Source: a virus (Duplodnaviria; Caudoviricetes). Taken from it: a stretch of 29,728 bases of DNA. Location of the stretch: the IMG/VR virus record IMGVR_UViG_3300005805_000327, positions 1 through 29,728 of that record; one strand, written 5' to 3'. The notes beneath the pieces were generated by a model. That model had not been told where the DNA came from. It did no database searches and worked only from the letters and a program-made list of their open reading frames with translations. Of the stretch, positions 1 through 8,241 are shown one piece after another. A program made the position numbers and the translations under genes. The first letter of the stretch is position 1. Every line of letters begins with the position of its first letter.

Positions 1-330
1 ATGGGAACACAAGCCTTTACGAAGCTAGGCAATACGGTTGCCTTTGTAGCAAATACGGCTGCACCTACGCCCGTACAGGCTGTTTCTACGACCTTGGGTG
101 GCAACCAGTATCGAATTATCAATGCAAGCACGGTAACGGTATTTTTGGGCTATGGTGCTACGGCCTCTGACGCATCGAACAATGCTGCGGTGGTTACAAC
201 TACTGGCCCGTCAATACCGCTACTGCCCGGTACGGATGAAATCCTGACGTTTGTGCCGAATGCTTACTTTACTGGCATTACAGCCAGTGGCACGGCGCAG
301 GTTTACATTACCGCAGGCGACGGGTTATGA
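1..330 (+). CDS. Small beta-rich virion structural protein (paralog of 11591..11926)
   Basis: 109 aa, Ala/Thr/Val/Gly-rich, ends VYITAGDGL; shares motifs with the 11591 ORF; lies upstream of a fibre gene. Confidence 0.6.
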   Translation: MGTQAFTKLGNTVAFVANTAAPTPVQAVSTTLGGNQYRIINASTVTVFLGYGATASDASNNAAVVTTTGPSIPLLPGTDEILTFVPNAYFTGITASGTAQVYITAGDGL

Positions 331-340
331 GGATTAAGCC

Positions 341-1468
341 ATGTTAAAAACCGTATCCTCAATCGTCAATGCCATTGGAGCCTTAAACTATAAAGGAACG
401 TGGAATGCTTCGACCAATACGCCAGCCCTTGCATCCGGTGTCGGTACTAAGGGTGATTATTATGTTGTGTCTGTTGCCGGTACAACTGACCTTGATGGCG
501 TTGATTTTTGGGGCGTTGGGGATTGGGCAGTTTTTAACGGTGCTACTTGGCAGCGTGTCGAAGGTGGCAGCGAGACTGACACAGACGTAGTTGTTTTCAA
601 TACACTAGCTAATGTCACACCAACTATTGCCGAACTGACATGGGCTAATGATGATCAGTTCAAAACGCTTGCTTTAGGCATGGCAAACGGCGATACGCAA
701 TATATAGGGCAAGAGCAATACTTCAGGATTCGCGCATTGTCTGCCATTACCAAAGGGCAGGTAATCATGTTTAGCGGCACCCTTGGCGCATCAGGCGGCT
801 TGCAGGGTGCGCCAGCTACGGGATTGCAGCCAGAACAAGCGAACTACATTCTAGGCATTGCCAAAGATACATTAAGCACAAATGATTGGGGCAATGTTCA
901 ATACTTTGGTGAAGTCAAAGGCATTAACACCACGGGTGGTGCAGAGAACTGGGTGCAAGGCGATGTGCTGTACTACAACCCGCTGGTAACAGGTGGCCTG
1001 ACTAAAATTAAACCAACTGCCCCTGCCGCAATCGCCGTGGTTGCTGCGGTGGTGTACGTCAGTGCAAACAATGGCATCTTGTTCGTGCGCCCATCATACG
1101 GTTCAGTGCTTGGCGGCACGGATGGCAACGTTAATTTTAACAATCTCGCAACAAACAATTACATTGTTTACAACGGCACTTCTAATGTTTGGGTCAATCA
1201 GCCGCCTGCCAACGTAGTTGCCGGGGTTAATTTGTCTGGCGGTGGATTGGTAATTGCCAATACGTCGGTGACGATTGACTTGGATGACAGCATTAGCTTG
1301 TCCAATGTAACGGCAAACAATGTTGTTATTGAAACAACGCTGACAGCCAACTTAAATACAGCCAATGTTGCTGCAATGCTTGATCCGAGTATGATGTTGG
1401 CCCCTGAAGGTTATATAGAGGTCAGCATCAATGGAGCAACCAAGAAAATCCCCTACTACGGAGTCTAA
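341..1468 (+). CDS. Tail fibre / virion appendage protein
   Basis: GAGG RBS; N-terminal YKGTWNASTNTP...KGDYYVVSVAG...VGDWAVFNG.TWQ module typical of phage fibre/decoration proteins; Asn/Thr-rich beta-strand C-terminus. Confidence 0.65.
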   Translation: MLKTVSSIVNAIGALNYKGTWNASTNTPALASGVGTKGDYYVVSVAGTTDLDGVDFWGVGDWAVFNGATWQRVEGGSETDTDVVVFNTLANVTPTIAELTWANDDQFKTLALGMANGDTQYIGQEQYFRIRALSAITKGQVIMFSGTLGASGGLQGAPATGLQPEQANYILGIAKDTLSTNDWGNVQYFGEVKGINTTGGAENWVQGDVLYYNPLVTGGLTKIKPTAPAAIAVVAAVVYVSANNGILFVRPSYGSVLGGTDGNVNFNNLATNNYIVYNGTSNVWVNQPPANVVAGVNLSGGGLVIANTSVTIDLDDSISLSNVTANNVVIETTLTANLNTANVAAMLDPSMMLAPEGYIEVSINGATKKIPYYGV

Positions 1469-1470
1469 AG

Positions 1471-1692
1471 TTGGAACCCCAATTCCTCATCAACATTCTT
1501 TTTGCTGCCGCAGGAGCCGCTTTTGGGTGGATACTGAACAGTATCTCTCGCTCAATCATCCGAATAGAAGACAGGATTGCGGAGATGCCGATGATGTACG
1601 TTAACCGTGAGGATTATCGGGAAGACATCCACGACATCAAAGGCATGCTAAGCAAAATCTTTGATCGCCTTGAGCAAAAGGTAGACAGATGA
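1471..1692 (+). CDS. Single-TM coiled-coil protein (XhlA/holin-like membrane protein)
   Basis: TTG start; N-terminal hydrophobic helix FLINILFAAAGAAFGWIL followed by a heptad-like charged region. Confidence 0.6.
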   Translation: MEPQFLINILFAAAGAAFGWILNSISRSIIRIEDRIAEMPMMYVNREDYREDIHDIKGMLSKIFDRLEQKVDR

Positions 1693-2036
1693 GTCTGAAT
1701 ATGGACGCGCTGGCAACCCCGATTTTTGGGGAGCCAGACAGCCTCCGTGACTTTCTTTTTGAAAATGGCATACAGCATCAAGTCTTTTGGGAAAGGCTGA
1801 CTGACGCTGGCTTTTACGTTCCACGCTACCCCATTACTGATGCTGACCCGCAGGACTTGGATGATTGGCTACTAATCCATCAACAAGAACACCAACGCTA
1901 CGCATCAATCCTTAACCTTAACGACCCCTTTAATCTGCTAGACTTGGATTTCAACCAAGAAGATGACTTTTACGATTGGGTAAATAGTCATTTGTTAATA
2001 CATGAGCAGATAGCACGCACACTGGGGGTGACATGA
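1689..2036 (+). CDS. Hypothetical protein with repeated W-x3-H-x3-H helices (possible metal binding)
   Basis: ATGA overlaps on both sides; DDWLLIHQQEHQ and YDWVNSHLLIHE repeats. Confidence 0.6.
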   Translation: MSLNMDALATPIFGEPDSLRDFLFENGIQHQVFWERLTDAGFYVPRYPITDADPQDLDDWLLIHQQEHQRYASILNLNDPFNLLDLDFNQEDDFYDWVNSHLLIHEQIARTLGVT

Positions 2037-2326
2037 TTTCTGATGAGGATTTTTACCGTTTATTTAATGCGGCTGCGGCTGCTGCCAAACCTGTCGGAAA
2101 ACCGGCAATTCCAGCGACTAGCATGGCAGATCGGTTTGAGAACATTGAGATAGATAGTTTGGATGGCCTGATTATGGGCATGTATCTTTGCGATGCTTTT
2201 GCTGTATCTGAGGCAGAAGGCAAGGACATGAAGCCTGAAACGGTAGGGGATATGCGGGATTTCTTAGTAAAACACGCCAGAATCAGCCAGATTGACGTAG
2301 AAAAAGCCATTGAGGTGATGGGATGA
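2033..2326 (+). CDS. Acyl carrier protein (ACP)-like
   Basis: 97 aa, acidic; IDSLD phosphopantetheine attachment motif (Ser42); ETVGDMRDFL resembles the ACP C-terminal helix (TVGD); adjacent to a ketosynthase. Confidence 0.85.
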   Translation: MISDEDFYRLFNAAAAAAKPVGKPAIPATSMADRFENIEIDSLDGLIMGMYLCDAFAVSEAEGKDMKPETVGDMRDFLVKHARISQIDVEKAIEVMG

Positions 2327-3447
2327 GCCTCTTTCTTACCTTCGGACATACCGTATCCACAGCGCAAACGACCTTGATGAAAGACCTTGTGCATCCACAA
2401 CGGGTGCATTTTATTCCTGAAAGTTATCAAGGCGCAAAACACGGCTATAAATACCCGCCGCACAACCTTGCCAACATGGTCTTGGCACCTGCCACGTTGG
2501 AGTGGCTAAAGCAAAACCCGGCTTTGGGCAAAACCGCATTTATCTTGGCTTCCGGCAACAGTCACTTTGCTGGCATCAACCCAAGAGACAATCAAACGCA
2601 TACACAACTGCACTACATCTACAAGTTCCTGCCGTTTTCCTTGACGCAAGTCATGGCTGGCAGATTGGCAAACCAGATATGTGAGCCAGATTACATTGCC
2701 ACCGACGCTACCGCTTGCGCTTCCAGCTTAAAGGCGCTGATGGACTGCATCATGCTGGAAGCCTTTGGCTATACCCGCTTTATTATCTTAACGGTTGAGG
2801 ATGCGGTATCTAACTCCGTGCTGGAATTCTTTGGAGATTCTGGTGCCAGCCTGACATTGAAGGAAGAAGGCGAGGAAAACGTGCTGCCCAGTGCGTTTGA
2901 TCGTAAAAATGGGGGGTTTTACGTCGGGCAGGGCGCTGCTTTTGCCGTCTTGCAGTCTGAAGGCGAGGTGAACTTCTACAACCTAAAGCCCAAAGCCAGA
3001 CTGGTCAGCGCCTACCATGCCGCCGAAAAACATACCAACGCCATTGGTCAGCGAGAAGACGGTCAGGGCTACATCAAAGCTATTGAAGGTGCCATGCTGT
3101 ACGGCGATGTTTATGCTGATGATATTTCCATTGTGAAAACTCATGGCACTGGCACAGAGTCAAACAATGAGTCAGAAAAAATGGCGCTTTACAAGACATT
3201 AAATAGCTTTATAGCAACATCATATAAAGCAAAAATAGGTCATACAATGGGCGCTTCGGGCTTGCTTGAAACGCTACTTTTGCTTGACAATCTGGTTTAT
3301 GGTGTTGTACCTGCTATTCCTAACCGGACGGAAAAAGACGATGCTTTCCTGTCCGAAGATTGTGAGACTCCTGATGGGCTGATTCTTAGTCTTGCTGCCG
3401 GAATGGGCAACGTATATACGGCGGCAATCTTTGATCCTGTGAGGTAA
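2323..3447 (+). CDS. Beta-ketoacyl-ACP synthase (FabB/FabF-like)
   Basis: TACASS (Cys132), KTHGTGT (His274), YKAKIGHTMGASG (Lys302, His307), GFYVGQGAA, C-terminal SLAAGMGN; Cys-His-His triad intact. Confidence 0.93.
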   Translation: MSLFLTFGHTVSTAQTTLMKDLVHPQRVHFIPESYQGAKHGYKYPPHNLANMVLAPATLEWLKQNPALGKTAFILASGNSHFAGINPRDNQTHTQLHYIYKFLPFSLTQVMAGRLANQICEPDYIATDATACASSLKALMDCIMLEAFGYTRFIILTVEDAVSNSVLEFFGDSGASLTLKEEGEENVLPSAFDRKNGGFYVGQGAAFAVLQSEGEVNFYNLKPKARLVSAYHAAEKHTNAIGQREDGQGYIKAIEGAMLYGDVYADDISIVKTHGTGTESNNESEKMALYKTLNSFIATSYKAKIGHTMGASGLLETLLLLDNLVYGVVPAIPNRTEKDDAFLSEDCETPDGLILSLAAGMGNVYTAAIFDPVR

Positions 3448-3449
3448 GT

Positions 3450-3902
3450 ATGGCGCAGATGGTGGACAGCCAGCAACAAGAACTGAGTGCAGAAGATATT
3501 ATCGCTATTGCGGCGATGAATACGGATGCGGGTGTTGATCGCAGTAAAGCGATTGAGATGATCAATGCTGAACTCAAAATGGATGATACCTTATTCATCC
3601 GTCAAGGCAACACGCTTTTTATTTTACACAAAGCTGCGCCTCGCGTTGGCTGGTTCCGCGCTTTAAATGCTGACACTGCGCCCAACTTTTTGAAAAACGG
3701 CACTGAGTTTATTAAAGCCTGTTACAAGATGGGCTTTGATACGGTGGCTTCTACCTTTGATGATCCTGCCATCATTGCTGTTTTCCGCTACATCTCAAAT
3801 AACCCGCCTAATCCTGAAATGGGATACGAACTAGAAGAAATGGAAGATGGTTCGTTTATGGCGACTGTCAAAACGGGGCCATCTCGCGGAGGTCAAACAT
3901 GA
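3450..3902 (+). CDS. Hypothetical protein, possibly degenerate GNAT-like acyltransferase
   Basis: 150 aa alpha/beta pattern; lies immediately before the ejection genes, a slot where podoviruses often carry a GNAT-like gene; no clear acetyl-CoA motif A. Confidence 0.4.
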   Translation: MAQMVDSQQQELSAEDIIAIAAMNTDAGVDRSKAIEMINAELKMDDTLFIRQGNTLFILHKAAPRVGWFRALNADTAPNFLKNGTEFIKACYKMGFDTVASTFDDPAIIAVFRYISNNPPNPEMGYELEEMEDGSFMATVKTGPSRGGQT

Positions 3903-5668
3903 GCGCCGTTGTCAGTGCAGTCACATCGGTTGTCAACGCAGTTGTCAAAACGGTTGAAAAAGTTGGCGATGTCGTTGAAAAGGTCGCCGAGGTTGTTGTT
4001 GATACCGTTAAGTACGTTGCCGAAAACCCAGAGATTCTTGCCATTGCTATTGCGGCTCCGTATGCAGTAGCTGCCGTTGGCACTGCGGTAGGTGCTTCCG
4101 CAACAGCCATTTCATTAGCAACGCAACCAATTACTGCTGCTGCAATTACTGCTTCTCAAGGCGGTGATATTGAAGACATTGGCAAGGCGGCGCTAGGCTC
4201 ATTTATTGGTCAGCCAGTTGGTCAATTTGTTGGCGCACAAACTGGCGCAGCTATTGGCGCACAAAACGCTGCACAAGTTGCACTGTCTAACGCCGTAGGT
4301 GGCGCTGCTGGCTCCGCTGCTGGCGCTGCTGTTATGGGAACAGATGTTGGTGAAGCGGCAAAGTTAGGTGCCATTGGTTCCGCTGGCGCTTCTCTTGCTC
4401 GTTCTGGTGCGGCATCATTGGGCGCAGATCAAACTGGCAAGGCTGCTGGTTATACCGCTGATATTGGTGAAGCATTGGCCCGTGGCGCTGTCACAGGAGA
4501 TGTTGCTGGCGAACTTGTTGGCGCTGGTGTTGGTGCGCTTATTGGCGAGGGTCAACAGGCGCTTGGCGAGCTTACTACGCCAACAAAAACTGCGGCAACA
4601 AAACCGGCTCCTGCGCCTTTTGGCTCTCAAATTGGTGAGCAAATGGCGGGAATAGGCGAAAGTGGCATTGCCGCGCCAACTTCTATTGCCACTCGCCCTG
4701 AGTTTGCTACTCGCCCCGGTGAGGAAGGCGATATTGTTATTAAGTACACAGACCGTGATGGCATTGTTACTTATCGCAAGGATGTAACCTCAACATTGCC
4801 AAGTGGTGAAAAAACAGGCTACACCATTGTTTACGATCCACAGACTGATACGGTTGATTATGAGTTTGTTTCTGCTGGTCAGACTGGAACGACGGGCGGC
4901 GTGGAAGTTAGCGTTTCTAAAACGCGCCCCGGTGAGCAACCTGCATTTGCAACGACAAAACCTGCTGGAACAACAGAGCCTAGCCCTGATATTCGCACGG
5001 GTCGAGTAACTGATATTGCAGGGGCGGCTTTGAGCGGCGGGAAGACAACTGCCCCCGCTTCTGTTCCGGTTGAGGAAATGACTGGAGCAGTACCCGCATC
5101 TACACCTCCTGCTGGCCCAGAAACAGGTGGCACTGCTGCTGGCGGTAGAGGTGAAGGCGAGATGGTTGGCGATGGTGAGCGCGAGATGGCAGGTGGCACT
5201 CGCCCGGTTGAGGAAATGACCGGCAGCGAATTGCTTGGTGACGCAATTGGCGGTGAAAATGGCGATATTCCAATAGAAGGTGGCGGCGGTGGTGGCACAG
5301 AGGGTGAAGGCGCTTCTGCTGGCGGTGGTGGGGATGGCCTTGCTGAAACTCCCGCTGATCTTGAGTCTATGACGGATGAAGAGTTGCTGGCATTGCTGGA
5401 AGACTCAATGGACTTTGATGTTGAAGAAACGCCGTTAATTCCACCTGACGATACTGGCGAAGGATTTAGGCCACTAGATGTGCGTACAGCAAGAGGCAGT
5501 AGAACTGGCACTCCGTATCAAAGTTCCATTAGCGCACGGGCTGTTGGATCAAGCCCAACGGCGGCGATTGTTGGTGACAAAGAACCCATTTTTGGTGGCG
5601 ATGAAGGCGTACAAAGTGAGGCATGGAATACACGTTCTCTGCGCCTTAGAAAGGCATTAGGACTCTAA
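3899..5668 (+). CDS. Putative ejection / internal virion protein with membrane-interacting Gly/Ala-rich N-terminal half
   Basis: Amphipathic Val/Lys N-terminus, glycine-zipper-like hydrophobic stretches, long acidic low-complexity C-terminal region; first of four large coupled genes. Confidence 0.6.
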   Translation: MSAVVSAVTSVVNAVVKTVEKVGDVVEKVAEVVVDTVKYVAENPEILAIAIAAPYAVAAVGTAVGASATAISLATQPITAAAITASQGGDIEDIGKAALGSFIGQPVGQFVGAQTGAAIGAQNAAQVALSNAVGGAAGSAAGAAVMGTDVGEAAKLGAIGSAGASLARSGAASLGADQTGKAAGYTADIGEALARGAVTGDVAGELVGAGVGALIGEGQQALGELTTPTKTAATKPAPAPFGSQIGEQMAGIGESGIAAPTSIATRPEFATRPGEEGDIVIKYTDRDGIVTYRKDVTSTLPSGEKTGYTIVYDPQTDTVDYEFVSAGQTGTTGGVEVSVSKTRPGEQPAFATTKPAGTTEPSPDIRTGRVTDIAGAALSGGKTTAPASVPVEEMTGAVPASTPPAGPETGGTAAGGRGEGEMVGDGEREMAGGTRPVEEMTGSELLGDAIGGENGDIPIEGGGGGGTEGEGASAGGGGDGLAETPADLESMTDEELLALLEDSMDFDVEETPLIPPDDTGEGFRPLDVRTARGSRTGTPYQSSISARAVGSSPTAAIVGDKEPIFGGDEGVQSEAWNTRSLRLRKALGL

Positions 5669-6805
5669 ATGAAGACTATTCAAATGATGGCTGGCGGCAC
5701 CGGCATGGGCAGCGCGAAAGAAATGGCTGAGATGTTGCGCCGTATGGGTCGCCGTGGCGATACGATGCTGGCACACATTACGCCTGAAGAAGCCGAATTG
5801 CTGGCTGACTTGGGTGGTGCTGGCACACAAAACCCTGAGACTGGTTTGCCTGAGTTTTATAACGGCTATGATTTTAATGTGCCAGATATGGGTGAGCCAC
5901 CAGATTTGACGGTGCAAGAATATAAACGAATGACTGCCGCACCTCCTGCCGCAATGGGCAGAGACTTCCAGCGGGATGAGGCAATGGGCTTTGATTCTGG
6001 TGCGCCTTCTTATCGCGGCGTTGAGGTTTCTAAAGATATTTTTGCGCCTCGTCGTCCAGACACTATTTCTACTGATTATTTGCGTAATACGAACCTTGGC
6101 GGCAGCGGTGAGTTTGAGCAAATTCCGGCGCTTCGCAGACAACCAGTTTCCCAAGGTTTGCTTTATCCAACCGTAAATTTTGCATATAGCCCAAACATGC
6201 AGCCATTGCAAGATCAAACTGCCGCACTGCAAGCGCCAGAAGAACCGGGGTTTGCTGCCCGTGCTGAAGGCCGACTAAAGGAATTGCAAGATGTATTGAA
6301 TCAGTATCCCAACTTGACTCGCGCTGGTACGGCTGGCGCAAGCATTTTGGCGCAAGCATTGTTATTCAATCGCGCTAACCAAGCCATGAAGCGTGACATT
6401 GCAGAAACCCGTCGTGCTGCTGAACCATTCCGTGCAGCACAACAGGAAGCAATGGGTCGTGCAACTGGCGCTGGATTGACTCCAGAGCAAGAGCAAGACC
6501 TTGAGATCGCTCAAGCCCGTGCGCGTCAAGGTTTAGGTGAGCGTGGATTGCAAACAGGTAGTGCAGCATCCGGCATTCTTGCAGCACAGCAGCGTCGTGC
6601 GCGTAGCTTGGCGCGTCAGGAAGGTTTCCAAGAGGCGCTACGTCTTGCCAATATTGCAGATCAATATGACCGTCGTGCGCTTGAAATGGAATTACAGCGT
6701 GATCAGCAGTTGGGCCAGTTGTTCGCAAGCATCGTTGGTCGTGAGGTGCAGCAAGCACAGCGTGAAACTGCCCCTGCAACCGCTTCGGCACCTACTGCAA
6801 TGTAA
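5669..6805 (+). CDS. Putative ejection / internal virion protein
   Basis: N-terminal GRRGDTMLAHITPEEA..L...GGAGTQNPETGLPEF motif recalled from phage internal proteins; Ala/Gln/Arg-rich helical C-terminus. Confidence 0.6.
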   Translation: MKTIQMMAGGTGMGSAKEMAEMLRRMGRRGDTMLAHITPEEAELLADLGGAGTQNPETGLPEFYNGYDFNVPDMGEPPDLTVQEYKRMTAAPPAAMGRDFQRDEAMGFDSGAPSYRGVEVSKDIFAPRRPDTISTDYLRNTNLGGSGEFEQIPALRRQPVSQGLLYPTVNFAYSPNMQPLQDQTAALQAPEEPGFAARAEGRLKELQDVLNQYPNLTRAGTAGASILAQALLFNRANQAMKRDIAETRRAAEPFRAAQQEAMGRATGAGLTPEQEQDLEIAQARARQGLGERGLQTGSAASGILAAQQRRARSLARQEGFQEALRLANIADQYDRRALEMELQRDQQLGQLFASIVGREVQQAQRETAPATASAPTAM

Positions 6806-6817
6806 CCGGGAGTCATT

Positions 6818-8239
6818 ATGGCAACTCAAGCATTAAGTGATGCGCTAGGCACATCTCCTTCTTTAATTCGAGGATTGGGCGAAAAAAAGGGTCTAAAAGA
6901 ACGTGCCGAATATTCCCGCACTAAGTTGCCGGAAACCTTTGAGGGCGCAGCTAAAGCCGAAGAAGAAGCAGCAAGAACTCAATTTAGCATTCAGCAAGGG
7001 CAAATTAAAAAAGAAGCCGAGGCTGAAGGCGCTTTGGCAGCGCAGTCGCGTCAAGCCGCAACCGAGTTAGAGGCTGGCATCAAGCCTTATGACGAGTTCG
7101 CCGCGCCTGAGATTAAAGCATCAGACTATGCAAAGAATGCGGCTTTGCGTTTGGTATCTGCCTTGGTTATTGGCGGCATTGGCGGCGCGTCTGGCAAGCA
7201 GCAACTTATGGCTATTCGTGAGATGCAGGATGCGGAAGACCGTGGTCAGAAAGAACGGTTTGCTTCTGCCAAGCTAAAGTTTGATGAGGCTGATCGCGCC
7301 CGTAAAGACCACAATCAAAGACTCAAAGATCGTTTTGAGCGCATGTTGAATCTGCTATCCAAAGATCGCAATGCGGCAATGGTGGAGGCCAAGCTAATTG
7401 ACGCGCAAACTGGCAACGGTTTGATTTCTGCACAACTTCGCAAAGGCAATTATCAAAAAGCATACGAACTGTTCAACAAAGCCATTGAGTCCTCTGACAA
7501 AGTTGATGTAGAGCTTGAAAAGCAACGCACAATCCTTGAGCAAAAGAAAGAATTAAAGGCTGCGCCTAGTGGCGCAAAGATAGGCGGTGGTGGAGGCGGG
7601 TCAAGTAAACGCAAGATTGAGCAATTGCCAGCACAGCTTGAAAAGAAGTTAGATGACATTGGTACTACCTATGCTACGTTAAATCGCACATCTCAAACTA
7701 TGAAGCCGCAGTATTTTGGTATTGCGCCTTCGGATGAGGTGGCTAACTTAATTATTGGTGGAGTTGAAAGAGGGTTGGATGTGGGCGGCATTATGCAATC
7801 TCTTGGCTCCAAAGCTCCGCGAGTTACGCCCGAAACAATCAACTGGTGGAAAGACTATAACGGCTTTGTGGCGCAAGTGCGTAACAAACTGTTTGGTGCG
7901 ACGCTGACCCCCCGAGAGGCTGAGGATTTCCGTAAATTCACATTGAGTCCGGCTACTGCGCCTAATATTGCATCTAATTATTTTGCCAATCAGTTAAAAA
8001 TTATTAAGACTGCTGTTGAGCGAGAGCGTCGCAAAGCAAGTGCGCGGAATGTCAGCGATGAAACTATCTCTGCTTACCTTGATTTGCCTGAAGATGAAAC
8101 GCCAGCGCCAGCGCCAGCACCGGCTGCGCCAAAAATTCCAACCATTAGAACTCAAGCAGAGTTTGATGCGTTGCCGCCCGGTGCTGAATACATTGATGCG
8201 GATACTGGCAAGCGCGGCAAAAAACCTAAAGCGAGGTAA
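6818..8239 (+). CDS. Putative ejection / DNA transfer protein
   Basis: Largely helical/coiled-coil; LFGATLTPREA motif; C-terminal EFDALPPGAEYID minidomain after a PA linker. Confidence 0.6.
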   Translation: MATQALSDALGTSPSLIRGLGEKKGLKERAEYSRTKLPETFEGAAKAEEEAARTQFSIQQGQIKKEAEAEGALAAQSRQAATELEAGIKPYDEFAAPEIKASDYAKNAALRLVSALVIGGIGGASGKQQLMAIREMQDAEDRGQKERFASAKLKFDEADRARKDHNQRLKDRFERMLNLLSKDRNAAMVEAKLIDAQTGNGLISAQLRKGNYQKAYELFNKAIESSDKVDVELEKQRTILEQKKELKAAPSGAKIGGGGGGSSKRKIEQLPAQLEKKLDDIGTTYATLNRTSQTMKPQYFGIAPSDEVANLIIGGVERGLDVGGIMQSLGSKAPRVTPETINWWKDYNGFVAQVRNKLFGATLTPREAEDFRKFTLSPATAPNIASNYFANQLKIIKTAVERERRKASARNVSDETISAYLDLPEDETPAPAPAPAAPKIPTIRTQAEFDALPPGAEYIDADTGKRGKKPKAR

Positions 8240-8241
8240 AT

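Noticed and set aside
2033-3447. ACP-KS as host chromosomal contamination or a prophage boundary
   Set aside because: Both genes overlap their phage neighbours by ATGA coupling or abut them, are highly divergent from canonical acpP/fabF and are flanked by virion genes
4879-5511. 210-aa Pro/Ser-rich minus-strand ORF
   Set aside because: Antisense shadow of the Gly/Glu-rich tract in 3899..5668
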